This document shows, piece by piece, positions 18,157-28,508 of a stretch of 44,165 bases of DNA. Within the stretch, counting starts at the first letter, position 1. Each line of letters begins with the position of its first letter. The stretch is from a virus. Taxonomy: Duplodnaviria > Caudoviricetes. The DNA is taken from positions 1 to 44,165 of the IMG/VR virus record IMGVR_UViG_3300033513_000017, one strand, 5' to 3'. Both the position numbers and the translations under genes were made by a program. The notes beneath the pieces are model-generated. The model did no database searches. It had not been told where the DNA came from and saw only the letters and a list, made by a program, of their open reading frames with translations.

Positions 18157-18459
18157 TTATATAACCTCTTTTTCTAAAATCCAACCAACCACTTTACGTT
18201 TATATCGTCTTATCCAAGCTTCTGACATTCTTTGAGTATTATGTCTAATTACATTACAACCTTGTATCTTCGCTATGATAGTCAAGATATTATCCCAATA
18301 TCTACCGTCCCCATAAGCTTGATGAACGTAAAGAATTTTACCGTCTATTAGAAATGAACAGAATCCTTTGTCATTTTCGAGAAACACCAGAGGTTCAATT
18401 TTATCTATATGCGCATCTCCACTACGTAGGAGATAATCTCTATAAATATCTATGTTCAT
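18157..18459 (-). CDS. GNAT-like virion assembly protein
   Basis: Size, position before the ejection genes, and AKIQGC...T-R...W-RR motif. Confidence 0.5.
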   Translation of the reverse strand: MNIDIYRDYLLRSGDAHIDKIEPLVFLENDKGFCSFLIDGKILYVHQAYGDGRYWDNILTIIAKIQGCNVIRHNTQRMSEAWIRRYKRKVVGWILEKEVI

Positions 18460-18461
18460 AA

Positions 18462-19013
18462 TTACGTATAGTAAAACACTACATAGAAACCATGAATATT
18501 TACTGTACCACCATTAGGTTGATAGCCACGGAATTGCACTGAGTTAGCACTCTTATTGGTGCATATCATTTGTGCTCCATAACTATTCTCGGGTTGTACA
18601 ATTGCTACATAATTTGTGTGACCAATGTTATGTGTTATAGTTAATGTATTGGGGTCGGACCAAGAAAGATTTGCTTGTGTGATAGAGGTATCAATACCAC
18701 CAGATTGTAAATTGGTTTGCCAAGAACCAGAAATTTTCATGGCTTTGGTGTAACCCAACTTGGCTCTTTCTACCGCAGTAAATAAACCATTAGTTGTACT
18801 AGTAGTATGATTGTCGGCATTTAAGATAGCTGATATAGCTTGGCCAGAGTCTTTAACTAAACTAGTAGAATCCCATTGGACAAGGTTATTAACTGTAGGA
18901 GTAGCACCAGTCTTTTCAACCTTTGTTTGGTTGAGATAAGTGAAATTATCATCAAGTTCACTATGAGTAAGTGCTTGTCCTTTATCTTCACGTAAGGTAA
19001 GAACAGCGGTCAT
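18462..19013 (-). CDS. Short tail fibre paralog 3 (183 aa)
   Basis: LTLREDKGQALTHSELDDNF anchor; C-terminal TITHNIG domain. Confidence 0.7.
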   Translation of the reverse strand: MTAVLTLREDKGQALTHSELDDNFTYLNQTKVEKTGATPTVNNLVQWDSTSLVKDSGQAISAILNADNHTTSTTNGLFTAVERAKLGYTKAMKISGSWQTNLQSGGIDTSITQANLSWSDPNTLTITHNIGHTNYVAIVQPENSYGAQMICTNKSANSVQFRGYQPNGGTVNIHGFYVVFYYT

Positions 19014-19549
19014 AGGAAGTAAATCGCAAACATAATTTCCGATTCCTCCGCATTACCTGACCCATTAATTACCCGAAGAGTAATACTATTAGTTGCTTTA
19101 TTTGTTGGGAGTACTGTTAAGAAATATGTAGCTCCCTTAACGGGGGAAGCCATAACAAAGTAGTACAGAGTATTCAGATTATGTGTAATTGTAACTGTCC
19201 CTGTACCATTTTTATTAACTGATAAACTATCTGGATTATAAGACCAATTCAGAGTGCTGGTAGAAACATGACCCACATATGTTTTATATGTCTTGGATAA
19301 CAAATCTTTAAGAACAAGTGGATACACATGTCTTGAAGCAGTTGATACATGATGGTCTACATTCTTGGCATAGGCTACTGTATCTGTGGTACTAGTAAGA
19401 GAATTAGCACCTTGCCAAACAGCAAGATTATTGGCCTGCACACCAGTACCGATACCGACTTTATCAGTATCCAAAGCTGTAAAGTTATCATCCATTTCCG
19501 AGATAGTTAATCGACCCGGTTTAGCACTAGGTAAAAGTAATGTGGACAT
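19010..19549 (-). CDS. Short tail fibre paralog 2 (179 aa)
   Basis: Starts at 19549 (MSTLLLPSAKPGRLTISEMDDNF); TITHNLN domain. Confidence 0.7.
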   Translation of the reverse strand: MSTLLLPSAKPGRLTISEMDDNFTALDTDKVGIGTGVQANNLAVWQGANSLTSTTDTVAYAKNVDHHVSTASRHVYPLVLKDLLSKTYKTYVGHVSTSTLNWSYNPDSLSVNKNGTGTVTITHNLNTLYYFVMASPVKGATYFLTVLPTNKATNSITLRVINGSGNAEESEIMFAIYFL

Positions 19550-19550
19550 T

Positions 19551-20087
19551 TTATAAGGCCGAATTAAATAACAAGAAACAAGTAAAAGGTAAATCTGTAG
19601 GAGTCTGTGACAAGTTATAAGTATAAAAATCTGTGTAGATATTGTTACCATAACTTTGTTCTGCTACTCCACCAGTATCAGAAGTACACCATGCCACATC
19701 CATATGATACCAACCAAGGTTATGTGTAATGCGATAATAACCAGTACCTAATTTTTCTACAGTAAGTCCTTGTGGATTATATGCTACTGTACCATCCGCA
19801 TTAACTTGTACTATGTAAGTACACTTTAAAGTTTGTAACTTAGCATACTCAGCAGCAGTTAATAACTTATTAGTTGTACCTTCGGTTTGGTTATCCATAT
19901 TCAACAAATCACTATAGGCATATGTTGAAGCTTTAATTTTAGACCCGGTATCCCATAGAGCCAACTTACCGGCTGTTGCAGTACCTGACCGCTCAATCTT
20001 ATCAGTGTTTAAATTATCGAAATTGGCTTCACCTTCAACGCGGGTAACAGGTGAACCTTTTGTTTTACGTAGAACTAAAGTGCTCAT
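19551..20087 (-). CDS. Short tail fibre paralog 1 (178 aa)
   Basis: MSTLVLRKTKGSPVTRVEGEANF; GTGYYRITHNLG. Confidence 0.7.
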   Translation of the reverse strand: MSTLVLRKTKGSPVTRVEGEANFDNLNTDKIERSGTATAGKLALWDTGSKIKASTYAYSDLLNMDNQTEGTTNKLLTAAEYAKLQTLKCTYIVQVNADGTVAYNPQGLTVEKLGTGYYRITHNLGWYHMDVAWCTSDTGGVAEQSYGNNIYTDFYTYNLSQTPTDLPFTCFLLFNSAL

Positions 20088-20088
20088 A

Positions 20089-20361
20089 TTAAGAAACTAT
20101 TGCCCTGTCTGTTACACGAAGCCAATTAGTGCCATTTGAAAAAGCTAGAACCGCACCACCTGTTTCATCCTTTACATATATCAAACTAGTAAAAGAAGTA
20201 TTATCCCCCCACATAGCAGCATCTGGTAAGTCCGCTTTGGTATACACAGGAACCATAAAAGGACCGGAACCTACACGATTATAGACTTCATTAAGCCATT
20301 GCTTTAGGGAAACATCTTCTGTTGAAATATTAGGAGGGGATAGGCGTAAACGATTTGTCAT
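20089..20361 (-). CDS. Small tail protein (needle/plug-like)
   Basis: Directly after the gp10-like gene; IYVKDETGGAVLAFSNGTNWLRVTDRAIVS motif. Confidence 0.6.
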   Translation of the reverse strand: MTNRLRLSPPNISTEDVSLKQWLNEVYNRVGSGPFMVPVYTKADLPDAAMWGDNTSFTSLIYVKDETGGAVLAFSNGTNWLRVTDRAIVS

Positions 20362-21941
20362 AAGTTTCTACCTATCCTAAATTTCAGTTCCATTGCATAC
20401 AAACGTACTTGTTCAGTAAGAACAGCAACAATTTGAAAACTGCGTCTTACAAATCGTCCAAGTCTTGTCAATTTATTGTTCTTAGATAAGTCATAAGTAC
20501 GTCCACTATTGTATGACTCATTATTATTATCCGACCATCTAATCAAAATATTCTGTTGTGCTTTTGTCCTTTCAGCAACTATATTCATTTCAGTACCTAT
20601 CTTCCATATATCTGTACCACCATCGAAGAAGGCACTTTCAATAATCATTTCGATATTAGTACCAGACTGGTCAAGAGATACTACATAGTCTGAATCTACG
20701 AAGTCTGCATCTTTAGTGAAGTATGCATCACCACGAAGAGTGTCAAAGGGATTCAGATTATCAGACATGGCTACTACATCGCCATTGATTAATTGTGCTT
20801 GAGCCACAGTAAGGTCACCGTAGAACACAGTATTACCAACAAGAGGTAGTGATTCAAGAATAGCAAGACTAGGTAATGAACTCTTCCACGAACTCCAAAA
20901 ACCCGAAGTGTGGTCATACACAATAGAGGCTTTAGAATAGAAACCTACATCTGTTTCAATACCTGTACTAATCAGATAAAATAAATGACCGTGGCCAGAT
21001 AAACAAGCAGCACGTAAGATTAATCCTTCACGTAACAACATAGTAGTTAAGTAAGAGTCAATACTGGCTGTACTTACTTTTCTGATTTGCCAATTCTCTA
21101 ATACATAAATACCAGCACCCCCTGTAGATGTAATACCAATGAAGAAACATAATTCACCATCGGACCATACACTAGGGCCATGAGCACAGCCTATATTAAA
21201 GAATAAATCTTCACGTCTGGATAATGGAGAACCTACAGGATTGGCATTGTTATAGAAGAACTCAATTGTTCTAGTACCAAGTGCTACTATATTATTATGA
21301 TGGCGAATAAGAGCTACACCACCATCTGAATCTCTTTCTGCTTCTGCTACATCTATAGCATTCCAAGTAGAAGGGTCGTCCTCGGCAGAATTATAAATTC
21401 TTCCGTTTTCACCCATAACGAAGATAAATCCATCCATAGAGACAATGCCAGAGGCTAGGCTAGTCGGAGCATCGGTATCTGATACTTCTGTTAAGGTGTC
21501 GGAGCTATCAAGCATCCAGAGCCCATGGGAAGCGTCATGCGGGGTATTGATTACCAACTTGGAACCTAACTCAGCAAATGAACAAGGGTCTTCCGCACTA
21601 TTAGTAGTACCAACAACACTACCTGTTTCGTATGTATTCTTGTAAATAGTATTGTAATGCGCTAGATAAGTAGCATCTGTTTCTGTCCAGTAATAGATAC
21701 CTCTACCTTCCTGTGAACTAATACCTTGTTCTGAGGCATCAATAATTACGTCGAATCCGGGACGCTGAGTTACAAAAGGTTGATTAGCTTCCAATCCTTC
21801 TGGATAGATTTCAATCATCGCATTCTGCATCATTTGATGGAAATGCAAACTAGCACCCATAAATGTATCAACAGCAGAACTTGTAGGTAAAGGAATCCTT
21901 ACTTGTTTAACCGGACCATTATCACTTTCTGCCATAATCAA
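20358..21941 (-). CDS. Tail hub/packaged DNA stabilisation protein (P22 gp10-like)
   Basis: QRPG, DGFIF, AERDSD, GTRTIEFF, IGCA, KVST-SID, LRWSD-like and LGRFVRR motifs. Confidence 0.85.
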   Translation of the reverse strand: MIMAESDNGPVKQVRIPLPTSSAVDTFMGASLHFHQMMQNAMIEIYPEGLEANQPFVTQRPGFDVIIDASEQGISSQEGRGIYYWTETDATYLAHYNTIYKNTYETGSVVGTTNSAEDPCSFAELGSKLVINTPHDASHGLWMLDSSDTLTEVSDTDAPTSLASGIVSMDGFIFVMGENGRIYNSAEDDPSTWNAIDVAEAERDSDGGVALIRHHNNIVALGTRTIEFFYNNANPVGSPLSRREDLFFNIGCAHGPSVWSDGELCFFIGITSTGGAGIYVLENWQIRKVSTASIDSYLTTMLLREGLILRAACLSGHGHLFYLISTGIETDVGFYSKASIVYDHTSGFWSSWKSSLPSLAILESLPLVGNTVFYGDLTVAQAQLINGDVVAMSDNLNPFDTLRGDAYFTKDADFVDSDYVVSLDQSGTNIEMIIESAFFDGGTDIWKIGTEMNIVAERTKAQQNILIRWSDNNNESYNSGRTYDLSKNNKLTRLGRFVRRSFQIVAVLTEQVRLYAMELKFRIGRNL

Positions 21942-21946
21942 AATCC

Positions 21947-22903
21947 TTAGTTATCGTAGTCCGGTACAAATTGAACAGAAAGTTCTCTATCAAATCCTCT
22001 AGCTAACATCTTTGCATCTTGTGCTAAGGTAACTACATCAGCAATTTGTGCAAGGTCAGTACCAAACTTGGATGCAACTTGAATAGCCAAATTGGTACTC
22101 AGTGACAAATACCATTCTTGTGGAAAGTCAGGATTATCAGAAGTGGCATCAAAATCATCAAGAGTACGCTGTACCCAAAACACCCCCATATATACAGAAG
22201 AGTCAGGAACAGGCCACGTAAATATTTCAGCATAACCAATCTGATAGTTATGGTAGTATTGTCTAGGAACACCTTGAGTTGTTTTATTCGGGAAGATAGC
22301 ATAATCATCACGATTGATTTGTGTATACGGTACATCAATATTACTTTGTACATTACGGACAATGCCATTTAAAATACGTACTGGCCGCATTGCCGAATCA
22401 GCCGGTTTGTAGTTGATAACTAAATTACCAACAGCGAAGGCATCACCATTAAGAACTTCATTTAATACTACAGTATCAGTGTTAGACACACTAGCTACAG
22501 TATGCCACTCAATATCAGCATATCCATCATTGTAAATGCCAATCACATCAGATGCAGCAATATTAGCATTGCTATCTACCTTAATTGTGTAAGTATCTGT
22601 AGTAGCAATAGCGTTTTTCAGAGTAGTTGAGGTATAAGTAGTACAGGCTTTATCACCAGACACACCTTGAATTCTATAGCTATTTTGCCCCGGATTGAAG
22701 AATATATAAATCTTTTGTACTGCAAAAAGGTTTAACCCCTCCCCTTGCCAAGCTTTGACCATCATGTTTAAAGTGCGAGAACACGTAGTAATCTGTGCAG
22801 AGTTTGGGGTTTCACCTTCTCCGAGTACACCTAGACGTTCAAGCGCCTCTTGGATAATATCCAATTCTGTGACGCTAAAATTAATTGTACCAGAAGTTGC
22901 CAT
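21947..22903 (-). CDS. Head-tail adaptor (P22 gp4-like) with an inserted beta domain
   Basis: MATSGT...DIIQEALERLG...GETP...LNMMVKAW; NKTTQGVP; WPVPD; DFPQEW. Confidence 0.82.
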   Translation of the reverse strand: MATSGTINFSVTELDIIQEALERLGVLGEGETPNSAQITTCSRTLNMMVKAWQGEGLNLFAVQKIYIFFNPGQNSYRIQGVSGDKACTTYTSTTLKNAIATTDTYTIKVDSNANIAASDVIGIYNDGYADIEWHTVASVSNTDTVVLNEVLNGDAFAVGNLVINYKPADSAMRPVRILNGIVRNVQSNIDVPYTQINRDDYAIFPNKTTQGVPRQYYHNYQIGYAEIFTWPVPDSSVYMGVFWVQRTLDDFDATSDNPDFPQEWYLSLSTNLAIQVASKFGTDLAQIADVVTLAQDAKMLARGFDRELSVQFVPDYDN

Positions 22904-22912
22904 TTAGGTTCC

Positions 22913-25861
22913 TCAGAGGTCGTTTGTAAAAGTTCCTTGTGGAATTTCAGAGGAATTAGGAACATCAGTAATTTCTTCTAGCCTCTTTCGTTCAGGTTCA
23001 GGCTGAACCAATGCAGGAGAAATCTTATCTTGTTTTGCTTTAAGGAACTCTTGCTCGTGGCGAGGTTCCCAACATTGACTACAAACTAATTTACCATCCC
23101 AAGTACGTTTCATTTCAGACATACGGTAATTCAAACCACATATAATACAGTGTGCCCAATTATCGCCCCACACTAAACCAGCGCCGCTCCAACCACCGGG
23201 GTTACCTGATTTAGTTTCATCAGGAGTAATTGCAGTATAAATGGTAACACCTTCATCAGTAGTCGGATAAGCATGCGAGGCTCTCTTACCACCTTTGATA
23301 ATTGTTGTAGTTGTTACATATACATTCAGTACATAATTATGAACACCTAACGTACCTTTTTGCATAGTACCATTTGTACCGATAGTAATAGTATTGCTAC
23401 CATTAATACCCCAAGCATCACCATGACCTAATGTACTATATTCATCAACACCTATATCCCAACCAACCATTAATCCGCGTGTATCAAATTCCCAATCTTC
23501 TGTAACTCGTAAATATTGGTCACCTGATAAACTAGTGCCTTTATCACAAGCTACAGTATCAAGCATAGACAAATGAAAATTATTATTATCGGAGTCAATG
23601 AATATAGGAGTTACATTAGTATAACTGTTAGTACCCGGTGCATCATTATGATTTGAAATATTATAATCAGAATCATTTGTAAATTGACTGGTACTACTTT
23701 CAGCACTACATAAAGCAAAGATGGTGTTTTTCATACGAACACCGCCTGTACCAGAATTTACAGGTTTGTTACCACACTTAGCAATAGTACAGTTATAAAC
23801 TGTTACTTCTTTATTGCCGTAAGATGAAGCATTTAATCCATATTGTTTGGGACCACAAATAAGACTATTCTTAATGCGTAAACTATTTTCTTTAGTTAAT
23901 ACACCATCACTAACTAAAATACCATCTGAACCAGATGTATCAGCTAATACACCAGTAAATAACACACATTTATTAATTAATACATCTTCTACAGTAACAC
24001 GTATAACTGGTTTACCCCAACTACCATTATATCTAATACATAAATTTTCAATAGTAGTGTATGGCGCACTGACCACAAGAGGTATAGCATTATCTGTAAT
24101 TACATCCAAATTATAAGCATCAATAGTATTGAACTTACCGCGAACATTATTGATACACTTTACTGTAACATTATAAATATTGTCTGTAGTCCATCCACTA
24201 ATTGTTACGTTAGTAGTATCAGAAGTACCGCCATTAGACCGAACATAACAATAATGCTTTTTAGTTATAGCTGTGAGGTCTTTAGCCTCAGCAGTATTCC
24301 AAGCATCTAAAGATGTATAAGCATCTGTCCAACTTGTACCATTACCTAATCCTGTTGCTTCGGGGTCTACATAAGTCTCTTCATAAGACAATGTAGAGAC
24401 TTCCATAATTGCATGAGTAGTAATAGTAGTAGTTACAGATGCATTTAAATTATAATCATAAGTGTATCGTTCATAAGTTAATCCAGCAGCATCCGGTACA
24501 AAACTAGTTGTGACTGAACCATGCAAAGCTCTAATCACATACATAGAAGAAGCATTAGGAGTTATAGATAATGTAAGACCACCTTGGAAATTTTCATTAA
24601 CACATCTGAATGTTGCAGCAGGTGTTACATATAAAACTAAACTACCATCAAAATTATAATGGTTTGCCGAACTTGTGTACTCCATTACTGTTGCACTTGG
24701 AGTTACATATAAAGTATTTGCACCATTTTTTATGTAATTACGTGCAAATTTTAATACTGTAGCTCCTGGAGTAATTGAAAGAGTTACAGAACCATTAAAA
24801 TTATAATTGGCAAAGTGCATTGTAGCACTAGGTGTAAAAGAAGTTGTGATTGATGCATTCAGTGAAGGAGTTTGTTGCGTAGTTTTATATTCATCACAAC
24901 CAATATCCCAACTTGTACCACCGGGGCGGGTTTGCCCATCAATATCAGTAGTAAAAGTGGCACTTAAATCATAACCATAATCACGAGCACCGGCATCATT
25001 CGATGCTAAATGATAATCATCATTGGGTCGGTCTACAAAAGTTATAGTCTGACTTGCACGACTATTAGCACCAGTTACACCCGTACCTGTTGAGGCATTA
25101 TAATTTGAACCAGTTGTATAAGTAGAGGTATCAACTTCATTTGTGTTGTATGCAAACAGATTATTAGTACAATTAAAAGGTTTAGCAGTAGATGATGTGC
25201 TTAAAGACCTACCATTATCTACAAAAGTATTATTGTATAAATTCCATGCACCAACAGCAGTATCAGTTCTAGGGTCGTCAATTGCTTTATCATATACATT
25301 ATAGAATAAACAATTAATAACAGTCGCACCACCAGTAGTTGTTATACCGCCAGTTCTTTGGTCATATATTCCTTTATACACATTCACAAAAATACAATTT
25401 TTAATTGTCAGTTGTGGATTAGCCGCAGAAGGACCAACACACCAGTAAGGGCCAACAGAACCATCACTTTGCCCAACAAACTGTAAACCGTCAATTGTTA
25501 CATACTGTTTAGAACCTGTACTAATCCCTTGTGTACTGGCTGTTGCTGGCATACTAAGTCGATACTTAGATGTACTATATGAACCAGCATGTCTGTCTGC
25601 TTGGTCAACTTGAATAGTAAGAGTATGGGTATCATCAGTAGTCCAAGAGGAAAGACTGACAGCAGTTACACCAGAAGTGGTACTATCAGCCGTTCCCGCC
25701 GAACTTTTACAATGTACTACATGACTATTACCAGCAGTTACAAGATTAACTGCTTCTGCCGTGTTCCAAGCAGATAAAGAACGATATGCCTGAGACCAAG
25801 TAGTTCCATCAATAGGAGTACCTGTAGCGTCCGGGTCAACATAGCGGTCAATAACTGCCAT
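22913..25861 (-). CDS. Large virion appendage: duplicated beta-helix domains, shaft repeats and a C-terminal Zn-binding module
   Basis: YVDP-ATG...AWNTAEA...WDIG-DEY occurs twice; repeated NGSxTLxxTP motif; C-terminal CIICG...VCSQCWEPRH. Confidence 0.75.
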   Translation of the reverse strand: MAVIDRYVDPDATGTPIDGTTWSQAYRSLSAWNTAEAVNLVTAGNSHVVHCKSSAGTADSTTSGVTAVSLSSWTTDDTHTLTIQVDQADRHAGSYSTSKYRLSMPATASTQGISTGSKQYVTIDGLQFVGQSDGSVGPYWCVGPSAANPQLTIKNCIFVNVYKGIYDQRTGGITTTGGATVINCLFYNVYDKAIDDPRTDTAVGAWNLYNNTFVDNGRSLSTSSTAKPFNCTNNLFAYNTNEVDTSTYTTGSNYNASTGTGVTGANSRASQTITFVDRPNDDYHLASNDAGARDYGYDLSATFTTDIDGQTRPGGTSWDIGCDEYKTTQQTPSLNASITTSFTPSATMHFANYNFNGSVTLSITPGATVLKFARNYIKNGANTLYVTPSATVMEYTSSANHYNFDGSLVLYVTPAATFRCVNENFQGGLTLSITPNASSMYVIRALHGSVTTSFVPDAAGLTYERYTYDYNLNASVTTTITTHAIMEVSTLSYEETYVDPEATGLGNGTSWTDAYTSLDAWNTAEAKDLTAITKKHYCYVRSNGGTSDTTNVTISGWTTDNIYNVTVKCINNVRGKFNTIDAYNLDVITDNAIPLVVSAPYTTIENLCIRYNGSWGKPVIRVTVEDVLINKCVLFTGVLADTSGSDGILVSDGVLTKENSLRIKNSLICGPKQYGLNASSYGNKEVTVYNCTIAKCGNKPVNSGTGGVRMKNTIFALCSAESSTSQFTNDSDYNISNHNDAPGTNSYTNVTPIFIDSDNNNFHLSMLDTVACDKGTSLSGDQYLRVTEDWEFDTRGLMVGWDIGVDEYSTLGHGDAWGINGSNTITIGTNGTMQKGTLGVHNYVLNVYVTTTTIIKGGKRASHAYPTTDEGVTIYTAITPDETKSGNPGGWSGAGLVWGDNWAHCIICGLNYRMSEMKRTWDGKLVCSQCWEPRHEQEFLKAKQDKISPALVQPEPERKRLEEITDVPNSSEIPQGTFTNDL

Positions 25862-25879
25862 CTTGTTTTAACTCCTTAA

Positions 25880-28504
25880 TTAATAGCCATGTACCCCTGC
25901 GTCTGCAAGCCAATCAGCATTAGCAAAACACCCCATATCCATAGCAGCACCAGTAACAAGACCACCAACCCTACCTGCGCCCTTACAAGGTGAAGCAGTA
26001 GTTAAGTGATAATCACCACCAGTAAGATTTACAAATAATGGATTAGTAGACATACCATGTATGTCATATCCTAAAGCTTGCCATTGAGCAAAGGTAAGAT
26101 TAGATGGGGAACCATAATACCCAATACTCCAAGTTGTACTACCATTAGTGTTAAAGAAACAATTATAATCGTGAATATCAAACTCACCAGTATGGGGCGG
26201 ATTTTCGTAGTAAGTGCGCATCACAGGTCCACCAGCAGCTTGTTGGATAAAGATATTGTTATAACACGATACATGATTAGTATAAGTTGGGGGCGCATCT
26301 GTAGCATAACCATTAGGTTGCCATGTGGCGCTTGAACTTGCGTTATTGATTACAGTGTTGTTCCACAAATTATTATATTCATGGTACTTAGCAATCATAT
26401 ATTGGATACTAGCACTACCAGAACTTACAATTAAATTCTCATAATACTTATTATAACTTGACATAGGAGAAGTACCAGTACCACCCAAAATCATATGAAT
26501 TGGGTGAGTCAGATTATAAAAGTAATTACGATAAACCTCATTACGCGCATCACCTTCATTAGCGTTACTTTTTGACATAATACCAGTTGCACTATTATGA
26601 CATTTGTTATATCTTAAGATATTGTCAGTGCCGTGGAAGAAAGTAAAGCATGTGGCATTCTCAGTACCAGAGTTTGCAGTATCGTAAAGTTCACAGTATT
26701 CAACAATATTGTTATAAGAATCAGTAAATTCAACAGCAGGAGTATTACTAGTATCACCACTTCTCATACCATGAACATAACAATTACGAACTACATTATG
26801 TGAAGCACCATTAAAGAATGCTACTCCACGTGTACCAGCATTTTGAACATCAAACCCTTCCCACCAAATATAACTACGTCCATTACCACCAATAATACCA
26901 CCTTGGGAAGCACCACCACTGGATTTAAGGATAACCTTATCCCCGGGTTTAGCTTGGAAACGAATGTAATTATTTGCAGTACCACTATTAGTAGGATTAA
27001 ACACTACATCTGACCAAGCAGCATCAGCGCCAAGATATGTACCAGCTTTGACGCCCACGGTCTCGCCGGGAGTCGCAGTTTGCATTGCTTTAACAAAAGT
27101 ACGCCACGGTAAAGCTTCTGTACCGGGATTTAAGTCTGATGCATTAGGATGATTTTGGTCTACCCAATAAGCATCAGGAGGTAAAGTAGTTGGTGTACCA
27201 GTACCAGAATAAGGAGGTTCTCCACCTCCGCCACCTCCACCACCACCAGAGGTGTCTTGAATAACTAATTCATTAGTAGTTGCATCACTACGTTGGATAT
27301 TACTCGCATCAACTTCTGTTGCTACTACATCATAAGTACCAGCAGCCATAATCTTGTTAGCCGGAATCTGTAGTGCCCAATTACCAGCACCATCAGTAGT
27401 CAATGCACCCGGAGGTAATAGAGAAGATAACAGTTGGTCAGTACCAATACCAAAGATATAACTATTGAGAGAGTCAGAATTGATATCCCAACCAGAGACA
27501 CCACCAAGAGCTTGATACTGGCTACTAGCTGTAACAGTACGTCCCGTATAGTCCGTACCATTAACTAAATACTTAACAGCATAAGTAATAGCATTATTAC
27601 TACTACCCGAACCAGACAAACCTTGAGCAAGTGTAATATCATCTAACCAAAGTGTCTGCGCTACAGGTGAACCATCACCAATATAAGGACCAAGACCAAT
27701 TTGATTAAACTTCATAATAGGATGTGCACCAGTACGGAACACCATTGCATTATTATGCATTATTTCCGTACCATCAACCCACATTATTGCTACACCATCA
27801 GCTAACCCCTTACCACCAGAAATTGAATTCATCTTAAGATAAACTTCAACTTTATGGAAAGAAGTAGGATTAGTTATAGCATTAGGAGGATACCACCATC
27901 GCTCATTACGCCAAGCACTATAATTATAACAACCTACATAATTACCAGCATCACCTTTAGTACCATTACAACCAGCAACAGCACGATTCTCAGTAGTACC
28001 AGTAAGGTCAACATTGATATTATTAGTATCAATATTCAACCTATCTTGAATACCAAACCAAAAATACAAATTACTGTGCGGCTCCACATAGCAAGTCATG
28101 TGTGAATCGGCATAACCTAAATAATCTGTATCAACATCAGTACAAATATAAAATAAATGTGGGTGGTAAGTGTGATTAGAACCAACCCAATTACTTGATG
28201 TTTTAATATTAAAACTAAAATATAAAGATTCAGTCGCCGTAAATTTATGTCGGGCATCACCCCAACCAGCAGGAGTAGTACCAGTAGTGACCCAATCTAA
28301 CTTTAGTGTACCGCCGTCAATAACAAATTGAGTATTAGAACAATCATACCAACCACGGCTAGTTAAATTATTATCAGTAAAAGATTCTTGAAGTAGAATA
28401 GCACCCTTATAAGAATCTCCACCTGTACCACCACTACTAGGAGCCTGAGAAGTAGGGACACCAAGCGTGACTTGTCTTTGTCCGAGAACAGCAAAATCGG
28501 TCAT
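25880..28504 (-). CDS. Virion appendage B: GH18 fragments, ConA/lyase-like domain, half Ig, Gly linker, right-handed beta-helix
   Basis: Likely start at 28504 (MTDFAV); poly-Gly linker; NPGTEALPWRT...TPGETV-VKAGTY beta-helix cap. Confidence 0.75.
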   Translation of the reverse strand: MTDFAVLGQRQVTLGVPTSQAPSSGGTGGDSYKGAILLQESFTDNNLTSRGWYDCSNTQFVIDGGTLKLDWVTTGTTPAGWGDARHKFTATESLYFSFNIKTSSNWVGSNHTYHPHLFYICTDVDTDYLGYADSHMTCYVEPHSNLYFWFGIQDRLNIDTNNINVDLTGTTENRAVAGCNGTKGDAGNYVGCYNYSAWRNERWWYPPNAITNPTSFHKVEVYLKMNSISGGKGLADGVAIMWVDGTEIMHNNAMVFRTGAHPIMKFNQIGLGPYIGDGSPVAQTLWLDDITLAQGLSGSGSSNNAITYAVKYLVNGTDYTGRTVTASSQYQALGGVSGWDINSDSLNSYIFGIGTDQLLSSLLPPGALTTDGAGNWALQIPANKIMAAGTYDVVATEVDASNIQRSDATTNELVIQDTSGGGGGGGGGEPPYSGTGTPTTLPPDAYWVDQNHPNASDLNPGTEALPWRTFVKAMQTATPGETVGVKAGTYLGADAAWSDVVFNPTNSGTANNYIRFQAKPGDKVILKSSGGASQGGIIGGNGRSYIWWEGFDVQNAGTRGVAFFNGASHNVVRNCYVHGMRSGDTSNTPAVEFTDSYNNIVEYCELYDTANSGTENATCFTFFHGTDNILRYNKCHNSATGIMSKSNANEGDARNEVYRNYFYNLTHPIHMILGGTGTSPMSSYNKYYENLIVSSGSASIQYMIAKYHEYNNLWNNTVINNASSSATWQPNGYATDAPPTYTNHVSCYNNIFIQQAAGGPVMRTYYENPPHTGEFDIHDYNCFFNTNGSTTWSIGYYGSPSNLTFAQWQALGYDIHGMSTNPLFVNLTGGDYHLTTASPCKGAGRVGGLVTGAAMDMGCFANADWLADAGVHGY

Positions 28505-28508
28505 TTTA

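Noticed and set aside
27221-27247. CCA/CCT/CCG triplet repeat
   Set aside because: It simply encodes a poly-Gly interdomain linker.
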